64,000 nucleotides of DNA from Eukaryota sp. TZLM1-RC (Eukaryota > Protista > Metamonada: BaSk clade), in contig JAUPSS010000001.1 in NCBI GenBank assembly GCA_040285825.1, forward strand, positions 2,914,001 through 2,978,000, given 5' to 3'. The position numbers and the translations under genes were made by a program. This document shows positions 39,315 to 50,500 of this stretch, one piece after another; position 1 is the first letter of the stretch; every line of letters starts with the position of its first letter. Under the pieces are notes generated by a model. The model saw only the letters and a list, made by a program, of their open reading frames with translations, did no database searches and had not been told where the DNA came from.

Positions 39315-42300
39315 ATGTTCTCTGTACGTTATGTAGTCCATGACTATTATCTCTCCAAACCCACATCTTTCATTAATGAAAACACCCCTTATTTGAAACA
39401 GCCAATAGTGAGGTATCCTGTTATTCGAATATATGGATCTTCTCCTCACAACCAACGTTGTTGTCTCAACATTCATGGCGTATTTCCTTATTTCTTTTGC
39501 TCTCTTCCTCTTATTGATTCTTCCACTGAAATTTCCACCTTTCTCACTTTTTTTGCACACTCTTTAGAGTCTTCAATTTCTTCTTCATTCAACTCCCTCA
39601 AATATTCCAACACCAAGCCTCCTTTTATCTACAACATTGAACTCGTCTCCGCCACTCCCTTCTACGGTTTTTCTCCTTCTTCGTCTCACTTCCTCAAACT
39701 CTCCTTCATCTACCCCCACATTTCTTCAGTTGCTGCTGATCTGCTTCGTTCTGGACAAGTCTGCAATACGTCCTTCACTCTCTATGAAGCTCACCTCTCT
39801 TACCTTTCCCAGTTCATGATTGACTATTCGCTTGTTGGAATGGATTATGTTCATGTTGAGTCTCCATTTTTCAGAGTTCCTTTACCTGATTGTGGAGAAA
39901 AATCAACGGAAGTCTTGATTGATTTTAACCGGCCAATATTCCAATCAGATGCCGATGATGGCATTGTGCAGATTTCAAGTCTTCTACGCACCAGTAAATC
40001 TTCTATTGAATTAGATGTGGTCAATACCAATATTAAAAATACTCTTAAACTTTTCAATAATTCAAATGTGTCAAGCGTACCCACTTTAACTTCAATTAAA
40101 GATAATTTAAATTTAATTAGAAAAGAATTAAATATTCCAAATAAAGAAAAGGCGCAAGTTCCAGATTTTGATTCTTCTAATATTTCTTTTTTAGGGTTTG
40201 CTTCTCGAGAAGTCTTGGATGAAATGATTGGGAAATTGATTGATTGGTACGGTGACGTTTCTGATGACAGTTTGATTGAGAATGATGCCCCATCAAACTG
40301 CTTTCTTGATGAGTTGTCAAAAGTTGGTGATGAGTCTGATGATGATGATCAATCAGACAGTCCAATTAATCAGAATGATGAAGAAATTCTGATTGTTGAC
40401 TCTGACGGGGAGTTTCCGGTGAGTTTCACAGCTGAAGAAGCTGCTTCTATCTTAGCTTCTCAAGAAGACTTGGAATCATTCCAATCGAATTTTCAATCGA
40501 ATTCAGAAGAAGATGAGGTGATGATTGGTGATTATTCTAATATTAATGTGCTGGAGTACGCTCATAAACCGCCTTCAGTCTTGGAAATTCTGATTAGTCA
40601 GGAAAAGTCAAGAGGAAAAAGATCTGTCACTATTAGAGAAAATAATGTTTCTACAATAGGAATCAATTCTTCAGTTTATCAACAACCCTCGCTTGTTAAT
40701 CAAGTTTTACCTGCCATGACGTCATCGGCCACGTCATCGGCTCATAAATCACGTCAACAATTGAGCGTCAGGTTTAATTTAACTGTGCTATGTATTGAGG
40801 TTTTGGATTACCCTACCAATCAGGATGTAGGTCAAATTCTTGCAGTGTCTTGGTCTTTTTGGTCTGATCTAGGAGAAGACATTTCCACACCTCAATCAAT
40901 TGGCGTGGTTTATGTCAATCAATCACCAATCAATCAAGACTTAACCGTCACCATCTCAACAACCAGGTTAAAACCCACGTGTACACTTTCCCCTTCCGTG
41001 GTCAAAGTTTACTCTGAGGGAATGCTTTTCAGATATCTGGTAGAGCTCATTATCCACAAAGACCCAGACATTTTGCTTGGTTGGGACTCTAAACGTCAAT
41101 CACTTGGTAAGCTTTCCGTTAGAGCACAGGCTGTAGGGATTGATTTCCTCAACGAAATTGCACGAAACCCTTCTCCCACCAGAGCTGACGTTAATCTAGT
41201 GCCCTCCACTCATGCTCCATGGGGGTCAAGTTTTAGCGAACTCAAGGTGCAGGGAAGGTTGGTGTTATCGGTTTGGAGAGTCTGCACAACTGAATTGAGG
41301 CTAAGAAGATACACTTTTGAATCTGTTCTTAGTGCTTTGTTTAAAATTTCCTTACCCAAGCCCTCAGCAAAGTGTATAGTTGATCTTTGTAGCCGTGTTC
41401 ACAGATCTTCTGATTTAATTTCTCTTTTATTAGATCGTGCTTATTTTGTTTTAAAAATCATTCTACATTTAGATGTTTTATCCAAAACTGCTGAACTTTC
41501 AAGAGTTTTTGGAATTGATTTCTTTTCAGTTTTAAGTAGGGGATCTCAATATAGGGTTGAATCACTACTTTTCAGAATGACAAAGGTGAACAATTATATT
41601 CTATACAGTCCAACTAGACAGCAAGTGTTCAACCAACGCGCCCCAGAGTGTATAGCGTTGGTTATGGAGCCTTGGTCTGGAATCTACCGTGATCCAGTGA
41701 TTGTACTTGATTTTCAATCACTTTATCCATCCATTATGATTGCTTTCAACTATTGCTTCTCCACTTGCCTTGGCAAGATGAGCCACCCGCATAACCCTTC
41801 CTTAGGGTGTGGGGGGTATCATTCCAGTGCAAAGTTGATTAATCGCTATTTGGTTAATGACAAGCTCGTTATTGCTCCAAATGGTGTCTTGTATGTAGAT
41901 AAGAGTATTTGTTTGGGTACTTTACCCACTATGCTTAATGAAATACTCCAAAGTAGAATATTGATCAAAAAATTAATCAAAGATATTAAATCAAACGAGT
42001 CTTTATCTAGTTCTTGTGAAATTAAAAGATTGCTTAAACAACTGGATGCGAGACAGTTTGCCCTAAAGATGATTTCCAATACCACTTATGGCTACACTTC
42101 TGCAGGATTTTCAGGACGAATGCCTTGTGTGGAATTGGCTGATTCAATTGTTCAAACAGGGAGAGAATTGCTTGAGTTTGCGGTTGATTTTGTTGAATCC
42201 ACAGTGCAGAATTGTTCAGTTGTGTATGGTGACACTGATTCTTTGTTTATAAGATTAAATGACCGAAGCTTGGAAGAAGCTTTTGACATCGGTCTTAATA

Positions 42301-43331
42301 TTGTCAAGGATTTAAACAAACTATTACCTTCACCTCTAGAACTTCAAATGGAAAAGGTGTTTATGCCGTGTATGCTCTTCACAAAGAAACGTTACTGTGG
42401 CATTAAATACACATCTCCAAGTTCCATTGGTGTTTTAGAGAGTAAAGGTATTGAGACAATTAGAAGGGATTCTTGCCCTTTGGTCTCAAAAGTGTTGACG
42501 TCATCCTTGGAAATTCTATTCAGGTCTAACGATGTTTCAGCTGTCAAGGCACATGTTGTAGATGTTTTTAGAAGGGTTTTAGCCCAAAGAATTAATATTT
42601 CAGATTTTATTTTTTGTAATGAAGTTCGTCCATTCAACTCATACTCTGCACCTCCTCCTGGTGCCATTCTTGCTCAAAAAACAGCTAACAGCAATGAACT
42701 CCTTGGCTGGCAGTCTAGTAAGCATACTGCCTTTGCTGAAAGAGTCCCCTTTGTTATTATAGCCGGGCCAAGTAGAGCATTATTAAAAGATTTAGTAATG
42801 TCTCCCAGGAAGTTTGCCAAAAATCCTGCATTGCGGTTGAATTCTTATTACTATATTACCCGACAGTTAATTCCAGTATTGAATAGGGCTCTTCGCTACG
42901 TCAACATTGACACAAACCGCTGGTGGAATGAGACTCCAAGAACAATTTCTTGGGATTATTTGGATAATTTTTGTGCTTCTTTTTGCTCATCAGCTAATTC
43001 GATTCACTTCTCAATTGGTTCCATTGGCTGTGTCATCTGTGGCTCAGAGGTTGCATCTTCAGCTCATTTCAATGCACCAAGATGTCTTCCTTTTGAGGCC
43101 CTTTGTACCACTTGTTTGCGAAGAAGGGAAAGAACCTGTTTAATACTTGGAAATAGGCTAGCAATTGAGTCGAAACAGTGTTGTTTTCTTAATAAATGTT
43201 GTGTCATTGACATTGAAAGTTGTGATAATATAGACTGTCACCATTTCTTTACTCGGTCAAAGGCAATAATGTCAAGGCATTCTGTTCGACAATTGAATTC
43301 TATTTTGTCTTCTTTTGACGATTTTTGTTGA
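39315..43331 (+). CDS. REV3: DNA polymerase zeta catalytic subunit (1338 aa)
   Basis: PVIRIYG..HGVFPY; FGIDFFSVLSRGSQYRVES; LDFQSLYPS; NTTYGYTSAGFSGRMPC; YGDTDS; C-terminal Cys clusters. Confidence 0.95.
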   Translation: MFSVRYVVHDYYLSKPTSFINENTPYLKQPIVRYPVIRIYGSSPHNQRCCLNIHGVFPYFFCSLPLIDSSTEISTFLTFFAHSLESSISSSFNSLKYSNTKPPFIYNIELVSATPFYGFSPSSSHFLKLSFIYPHISSVAADLLRSGQVCNTSFTLYEAHLSYLSQFMIDYSLVGMDYVHVESPFFRVPLPDCGEKSTEVLIDFNRPIFQSDADDGIVQISSLLRTSKSSIELDVVNTNIKNTLKLFNNSNVSSVPTLTSIKDNLNLIRKELNIPNKEKAQVPDFDSSNISFLGFASREVLDEMIGKLIDWYGDVSDDSLIENDAPSNCFLDELSKVGDESDDDDQSDSPINQNDEEILIVDSDGEFPVSFTAEEAASILASQEDLESFQSNFQSNSEEDEVMIGDYSNINVLEYAHKPPSVLEILISQEKSRGKRSVTIRENNVSTIGINSSVYQQPSLVNQVLPAMTSSATSSAHKSRQQLSVRFNLTVLCIEVLDYPTNQDVGQILAVSWSFWSDLGEDISTPQSIGVVYVNQSPINQDLTVTISTTRLKPTCTLSPSVVKVYSEGMLFRYLVELIIHKDPDILLGWDSKRQSLGKLSVRAQAVGIDFLNEIARNPSPTRADVNLVPSTHAPWGSSFSELKVQGRLVLSVWRVCTTELRLRRYTFESVLSALFKISLPKPSAKCIVDLCSRVHRSSDLISLLLDRAYFVLKIILHLDVLSKTAELSRVFGIDFFSVLSRGSQYRVESLLFRMTKVNNYILYSPTRQQVFNQRAPECIALVMEPWSGIYRDPVIVLDFQSLYPSIMIAFNYCFSTCLGKMSHPHNPSLGCGGYHSSAKLINRYLVNDKLVIAPNGVLYVDKSICLGTLPTMLNEILQSRILIKKLIKDIKSNESLSSSCEIKRLLKQLDARQFALKMISNTTYGYTSAGFSGRMPCVELADSIVQTGRELLEFAVDFVESTVQNCSVVYGDTDSLFIRLNDRSLEEAFDIGLNIVKDLNKLLPSPLELQMEKVFMPCMLFTKKRYCGIKYTSPSSIGVLESKGIETIRRDSCPLVSKVLTSSLEILFRSNDVSAVKAHVVDVFRRVLAQRINISDFIFCNEVRPFNSYSAPPPGAILAQKTANSNELLGWQSSKHTAFAERVPFVIIAGPSRALLKDLVMSPRKFAKNPALRLNSYYYITRQLIPVLNRALRYVNIDTNRWWNETPRTISWDYLDNFCASFCSSANSIHFSIGSIGCVICGSEVASSAHFNAPRCLPFEALCTTCLRRRERTCLILGNRLAIESKQCCFLNKCCVIDIESCDNIDCHHFFTRSKAIMSRHSVRQLNSILSSFDDFC

Positions 43332-43490
43332 TGCACAGTACTAATTTAATAAATTATTTATCAAGTCGTTCGAAAATTTTCAACAATACCTTTAACAATC
43401 ATTTGATTTATTTCCAAATATCAAATGGCGAAAATCAAATGCTCAAGCTGACATTACCACCAAAGCTACACCATTTCACTTTTAGCAACT

Positions 43491-43564
43491 GCTCTCTTAG
43501 CTCAGATGGTTAGAGCGTACGACTGAAGATCGTAAGGTCCCCGGTTCAAATCCGGGAGGGAGCA
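43491..43564 (+). tRNA. tRNA-Phe (GAA)
   Basis: Acceptor GCTCTCT/AGGGAGC, anticodon arm TACGA-CTGAAGA-TCGTA, T-loop GTTCAAA, followed by TTTT. Confidence 0.97.
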
Positions 43565-43582
43565 TTTTACCAATTTATGGTT

Positions 43583-44155
43583 AAGTGTATTGTAATTATT
43601 GAATCTGCACACTTAATTAAATTAACTCATAACTAATGGGACGACTATCATTGAACCAAGATTTCCTCTACAAAATCTTAAACTGCTTGCTGTCTAGCTA
43701 AAGCGCCTCTTATCCGATTGAAAACCCGAGGTAATCTATTAATGGCAAATTGAATTCGAGAACGCCATAAAAATTATCATATCTTTTCATTGTTTTTTCT
43801 TGAACCTTTTTTTGGAAGTCATTCAAAAAAGTTTCTGCTAAAACTGATAATTTTCCGTTTATCGAAAATGGGAAAGCAATAAAACTAGCTGTGTATTTCT
43901 ACCAGCATTAGCTTCTTCAATATCTTTATCACATTTTCTATGTTTTTCTTTTGCTTTTAAATCAAGAGCATTCACAAAATTCAGTTTTCTTCTGTGAACC
44001 AAAGTATCATTTGCAACATAACATGAAACAAAGTCAACAATAGCTTCAGAATTATCAATCCAATCACATTATACATCACCTCTATCATCAGAACCAAAAT
44101 TATTCAGAGAAAGTTTTTCCTTCAGCAGGGGCTCTTTGATACACGATATCCTTTT
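43583..44155 (-). mobile_element. Family A RLE 3' stub
   Basis: Homologous to 14625-15190; candidate TSD AATTTATGGTT at 43572-43582 and 44156-44166. Confidence 0.88.
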
Positions 44156-44189
44156 AATTTATGGTTCCTAAACAATATAGTTTTCTCTA

Positions 44190-44380
44190 TTGATCATGCA
44201 CACTTAACAAAATAAAATTTTAACTAATGGGACGAATATCAACGAACCAAGTTTTCCTCTACGAAATATTGATGTGCTTGCTGCTAAAGCTTCTCTTATT
44301 CGGTTGAAAAACCGAGGTAATCTACTAATAACGGCAAATTGAATCCGAGAGCGGCATAAAAAATATCAAATCTTTTCATA
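44190..44380 (-). mobile_element. Short diverged family A 3' stub
   Basis: Matches the last ~190 bp of family A. Confidence 0.75.
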
Positions 44381-44389
44381 AAAACATTT

Positions 44390-45755
44390 AAGATTGAAAA
44401 AGGCCTCGTCCCAAAATCTGTGTGCTTGAATACTTTGTTGTGTATGTTTTAATCGCTACATAAAGACGTTCTGATTCTTCCCTTTTTCGTAAACGAGAAA
44501 CGTGGTAGTGTCGTTTAGAAAAGATATCATGGAATCGAAGAATGGATTCGCTAATGATAATGCAGGGTCTATGTTGGATCAAAAACAACAGTAAGCAAAG
44601 CAACAAACCTCAGAAACCTGAAGGCGGCGTCTTTTGTTGTTTAAGTACTGGCTTTACGACTGAAAATCCCAGAGGAGCAAGGAACGTATTTTTGCATTGT
44701 AGTACAATAACAGTGTAGGTGGAGCTTCTACTCGTAGCCTCGTATTTGGTCGATTTTTTTCGTGTTTGGAAGGGAGCTGCTCGAATGGATAAGAGTCCAT
44801 TGATTCGAGGTAAAGTTTCGCGTCCTTGTTAGGAGTTTGTAGAATCCATCACTGGAGTCATCTTCCCCTTCCGTGGTATGTACTCTCCTGAAGGGGTTGA
44901 TTATGTAAAGTGGGATTTCCATCCGTTTCTTTACTAGATGCTACATTAGGGAGGGGAGAGGGAACTGGTCCGTTCTCGTGGCCTCTTCTGACTCTTCTAG
45001 GTTCTACTTCCTTTGTGAGGGAAAAGGGAACCGGGTCCGTCCTCTTGAACTCTGTTAGGGTCTCTTTTATAGCCCAAAGTTTGAAATCCAACGTTTCTTC
45101 CTATCTTTGAAATTTGCTTCCATAAAGGAGGGTGCTGCTCAAACAAACAGTAATCTGTAGGTTCGAGGTGAGTCTCCGCGTCCTTCATAATTTGTTGGCG
45201 AAGTCCTTTCTCTTCGTCATTCAGTTCGTCTAAGACGGATTGAAGTTTTTCATATCGTTGAATAACTGTCGAAGTTTCAGAACTTGAACCAACATTTGCG
45301 TTGTTTGGTGAGGAGGGGGGTAGTCCCATTCCTGAACCCTTTTGTGGCATTGAGTTGGACTTGAAAGGGGTGGGAGGTGGTTCCGAACCTGTTTTCATTG
45401 TTTCAAACTGGGAAGAGGCGGGAGGTGGGTCCGAGTATGGTTCCATTATTATGACTTGAGGAGGGGCGGAGAGTGGTCTCGGGCCCGAGTCCTCTTCTGT
45501 ACTCGTTTCTACTACTCCTTTTGTTGTTTTAATGTCAAATGCATCCCTGTCATGTTCCTGCATGTTACATGTAAAGGTGTCAGAGCTCTGACTGAAAGGG
45601 TCTGACATTGATATCTGCTAAAGATATCCTCTGTAAAGAAAGCTGTGTGTTGTCAAAGTGGTATACCTATTAACCCAAATGGCCGATAACTATTGATGCC
45701 GTAGGTTGGAAGAGAAGGGTTAGATAAAGGCAATGAGGAAAAGGTGATTTATTTT
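44390..45755 (-). mobile_element. Probable LTR-retrotransposon remnant (partial LTR + gag-like broken ORF from 45608)
   Basis: 45694-45755 matches the LTR-like 54809-54870 in reverse; followed by a Pro/Ser-rich frameshifted ORF with no diagnostic motif. Confidence 0.45.
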
Positions 45756-45859
45756 AATTAACATCAAAGTCGATCACTGTTTGAATGATTTGATGGCTTG
45801 AATGATTTAGCCAATAGTAGTCTATTTAACAACTGTGGTATTTTCCAATTTGTTTTAAT

Positions 45860-46912
45860 TCAGCTTGCACACTTAACAAAATAAACTCATCACTAATGGG
45901 ACAAAATTCAATGAACCAAAATTTCCTCTACAAAATCTTGATCTACTTGCTGTCTAGCTAAAGCTTCTCTAATTCGATTGAAAAACCAAGGTACATCTAT
46001 TAATTATGGCGAATTGAATTCCGGAGCGCCATAAAAAAATATCAAATTTTTTCATTGTTTTTTCTTGAACCATTTTTTTGGAAATCATTCAAAACTGTTT
46101 TTGCTTTTACTAATAGTCTTCCGTTTATCTAAAATGGGAAAGCAATAGAAACAAGTGGTCTATTTCTATCAGCATTAGCTTCTTCGATATCTTTGTCTTC
46201 TCTAATGTTGCAAATGACACTTTGGTTCAAAAAATCAAACTTAATCCTGTGAGTGCTCTTGAATTTAAACCAAAAGAAAAACATAGAGAATATGACAAAG
46301 TCAATAACAACTTCAGAGTTCTCAATCAAATCACAGTATACATTACCTCTATCATCAGAACCAAAACTATTTGATGACAGTGTTTCCTTCAGCAGAGGCT
46401 CTTTGATACACGAAATTCTTACAATTTGTGGCATATTGAAAACAGTGTCTCTAACAGCATCATGTAATGAAGAGCGATAAGTTATCAATTTTGAACAATT
46501 CATGGCATGGCGCAAAGTGAGCTGTGGTGAAGTCTAACAAATACAATTTTCTTTTGATAATAATTGATTAATGGGGATATTCAAATATAATCTCATTTTT
46601 GTTACAAACGCTTCATTATTAGCACACAGGACAAATTTTTGTGGTACAATGGTTACAAACAGTGAAGAATCTGATGACTGGTTTTCACAAACACCCTTTT
46701 CCAATAACAATGAGTGAAGATCTTGATTTAAAACAGCCGAGCTGCATATATTATTATAAAGATCATTTTCACACATTCCAGTCAATCGTTTCTGTAATGT
46801 TCGAAGAGTGTATTTTAAATTTAAAAGATTCTTTTTTTGGAATATTGCCATTGAATGATTGGGGAAAGCATCGACTCCATTTTTCTACATCAATTTTTGA
46901 AATTTCATTATT
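45860..46912 (-). mobile_element. Family A 3' fragment with internal inversion
   Basis: Homologous to 14630-15680; 46198-46293 is inverted. Confidence 0.88.
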
Positions 46913-46999
46913 GTAGTATTTTCCAATTTTAAATTCATTTATATATTTCAGACACCTTTCCAGATAGACTTGATAAAGAGTCAAAATTTTATATTTTTT

Positions 47000-47400
47000 G
47001 AGTAAGTGAGAAGGTCAATACCTTTGTGATTTAGGTTTTAAAATGATTTTAACTCGGTGAAAGGATCGTTGTATTTATAATATGCTTCTTAAGGCAGATC
47101 CAGAAGTTTCCGCTTATTTTAATTTATTTTGTGAAAGTTCGGATTAAAGTTTCGACATTTTTACTCTGGAATCTTCTTCTGGTGTGAAATATGACCATTT
47201 CCTTGTCATTTGTTTTTTTGTGCGACATTCACAATATTATTGAATCGAATTAAGCCACTGCAATCTTATAACTGGCAGCGAAGGCTGTTCAGAAAGATTG
47301 TGAAATATTCAACCTGAATAACCAATATTCATTCTCGAAGACGCCAACATTGATAGTACTTGTTACAATAGAACTTCTATTAGTCTGGCAAGAGGTGATT
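47000..47400 (+). mobile_element. Degraded CRE-like RT fragment plus tiny family B piece
   Basis: Remnants of DFKNAFNSVK, PEVSAYF, SSSGVK; 47345-47400 matches 6165-6220. Confidence 0.55.
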
Positions 47401-47523
47401 TGGATGTATTCCCTAAATGAGCTTAAATCTGCAATGAAATAATACAATTTATAATTACAAATTTATAATGACTGTACAAAATTCAGAAAACATAGTAGTT
47501 AATGAAAAGAAGAAACATAAAAG

Positions 47524-50500
47524 TCAAGTAAATGACAAGTTACCTAGAAGGTGTTCCAAAGCAAGGTCGAAATTATTACTGAACCTGCACAAAGCAGCTT
47601 CAGCCTGCCTTTCCTCAAATCCCATGCCCATTAATTTGGTTAGTTTTGCTTCATCTGGGTGTATACAACTACGTCCTGGGAAAGCAGAAGCACTCCTAGA
47701 TTTGTGTGAAGAAGTTCTATGGTGATCAGCACGGGCAGAGAGTGCACGAGAAGAATCTACTGTTCTTCCGTGTCTTTTGATAACGCTTTCGAATCTGTTT
47801 GAACTAGGACTATGTTTATGATAAATGTCACTTGAACGTGCATCAACTGTTTTTTGTTGGGAAGCAGTGGTAGGTCGCAGGTATGATGGAACACTTGTAT
47901 TTCTATAATCTCTGGGGCTAACTGATGCTGAAGGGATTGATGGTGCAGGTCTGGTAGGTTTACCTTTGAACAAATCTTTGGTTTTACCCCTTGTAGATGA
48001 AGTACCAGGTATGTCATGGTGATTCGTATGTGCAGAGTAACCACTACGCTGATTGAAGGGGTAATCAATGGATGATGATGGAGATCTACTGACTGGTGAT
48101 GGGGAATAACTGTTTGAAAGGACTCTGCATGGTTCAAGTTGTGAACTACGATGAGATTTACGTGTGGGGCTCTTGGTGACTGATGATTGATATTTGACTG
48201 AATTAGAAGGATGGAACGAAGAGTGCAACCTGGAAGAGCGCTGGCCAGTGGTGTAAGTAGTAAGAGGCTCTGTGTGATGAGCGGCAGTAGTTCTAGAACT
48301 TCTATTATGACTACGTCTTGCAAGACAATCAGCCGCTTGGTCAATGTCACCTTTCCACAATCGTAATTCTCTCTCAACATCCTTGAAATCAAAACCCATC
48401 TCTACTAGTTTCTGGACTTTGGGGTCAGTGTGGACTGGATGACTTGTTGGAGTGGATTCCACTAAGGGTGATTGTTGAGGAGATTCTGATTTGGATGAAT
48501 GGTGGTTAGGTGGTGATGGACTAGACCTTTGGGGTTCAACGGTGTGGGGCTTAATTACATCTCCACTTATTTGTGAATGACTATTCGTACTGCCTGGACT
48601 CACATGCCTAATTTGAGCGGATAAAGATGGATTTTTATCCTCTTCAGTGCGCTGGTTTGGGCTCTTGGAGGTAGATGAATTAGACTGATAGGACGGAGAA
48701 GATCTGGAAGAGAGGTGGCCAGTGGTGAAAGGCTTGGCACGATCATTAGTGGTAGTTCTGGAATGCTTGAATTGACTAAATCTTGCAAGCCAATCAGCCG
48801 CTTGGTCAATGTCACCTCTGAACCATCGTAACTTTGCTTCGGCATCCTTCTCATCAAAGCCCATCTCTACTAGTTTCTGGACTTTGGGGTCACTGTTGAC
48901 CGGATGACTTGTTGGAGTGGATTCCACTAAGGGTGATTGTTGAGGAGATTCTGCTTTGGATGAATGGTGGTTAGGTGGAGATAGACTAAATCCCTGGGAT
49001 TCATTGTTTTGGGATTTTACTACATCTCTAGTGCGCTGTAAAAGGCTTCTCGTACTGTCTTGACTCAAATGGCTAGTTTCAGCTGACAGGGATGGGTTTT
49101 TAGCTTCTTTAGAACGCAAAGTTTTTGAGGCACCACCAGGAGCCATGTATTGAATCGCCCGTTCAACATCATTGCCACATATGGCTAGCACTCGTTCAGC
49201 TCGCTTTACTTCAAATCCCAATTCAAAAAGCTTCATAACATTAGGGTTAGAATGGTGGAATGATGTATCATGGACAGATGGTGAAGAAGATTGCTCTGGG
49301 ACTCTCTCTGCTGCTGGGCAGTGCTGACTGGGTTTTCCTTCTGCAAGATTCCTACTTGAAGACTTTAGCGTAGAGTCCCCAGAACGTGAAGAACGTGGAG
49401 TTTTGGAACCCTTTAACTTTTCCAGTTGTACCAGATAGTCAACCGCTAGTTCTACATTATTATGGCACTTTTGTAACGCACGTTCAGCAAGTTTAGCATC
49501 AAACCCCATGTTGATCATGTCTTGTACTTTTGGGTTTTGGTGTTGCTGATGAGCAGAATCTGTTTTAAGCTGGTCTTGGTTCTTTTGCTTTGAATCATCT
49601 AAGGCTTGACCAACAGCCTCATCAAATCTTTGGGCAGTTGTCTTGGTTTGTGGTTGAGGTTGGGTGTGGGATGATCTGGAGTTGGAGGCCTCAGTCACTA
49701 ATGAGACCTCTTGTGCCTTTGATGAACTGAATTGAGGTGGAGTAGTTTCCTGAGCAACGTCTGTATCTTGAACATCATCAACATTCTCCAACTGTGGTAC
49801 ATCTTGGGTAAGTGGTCTTGCAGCCCTTTTCTCTAGTAATTTACTACCCTGGCCAATAGCTGGTCTAGATCCTTCATTCTCGAAGTTGAAGAAGTTCTTT
49901 AATCTGGGTCTTGGAACAGATGCAGACCTACGAGCAAGTCCAAAGGTTCTAAACTTGAAATCAACCTCAATTGGATTGGGTTTGGTTGCCTCTTCTTTTC
50001 GTTCAGTTTCCCCACTGGTTTTGTCACTCTTCTTGGCTGTTTCTGAATTACTTGACTTGGGTTCTGATGATTCACTTTTGCCATATGAAATTTGGTGACT
50101 GGAGTCGGCATCACGTTCTGCTGTATCACTCACTGTACGCTCATGAGAAGTACTATCAACCTGATTCGAGTCTTGATTAGCCGGCACGGAGACTTCAGGA
50201 ACGTAATCAGAAGGAATTTTGTCCTCAGTTTCAGATTCGGTCTTCTTTTGATGTTGAATTGAAGATTGATTAATTTGTTGTTTTGGTTGGTCTTCAACAG
50301 ATTTCTTCTGACTTTCCTTGACTTTTTGATTACTGACCGTTTGAGAAGAGGCTTGAGACTGTTGAGCAGCTAATCGTCGTCTCCGTTCCTCTAATTGTTG
50401 ATCTACTGATGGATTTGTTCTTGGTTCGACAGCAGTCTTTGGTTTTGGTGTAGTTGATGTTTTGAATTCATTCTTGGTGGTGGTTGGAGTGAGTTTTTGG

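Noticed and set aside
39315-43331. Polinton or viral PolB, or Pol delta
   Set aside because: REV3-specific motifs are present; no terminal repeats or viral genes.
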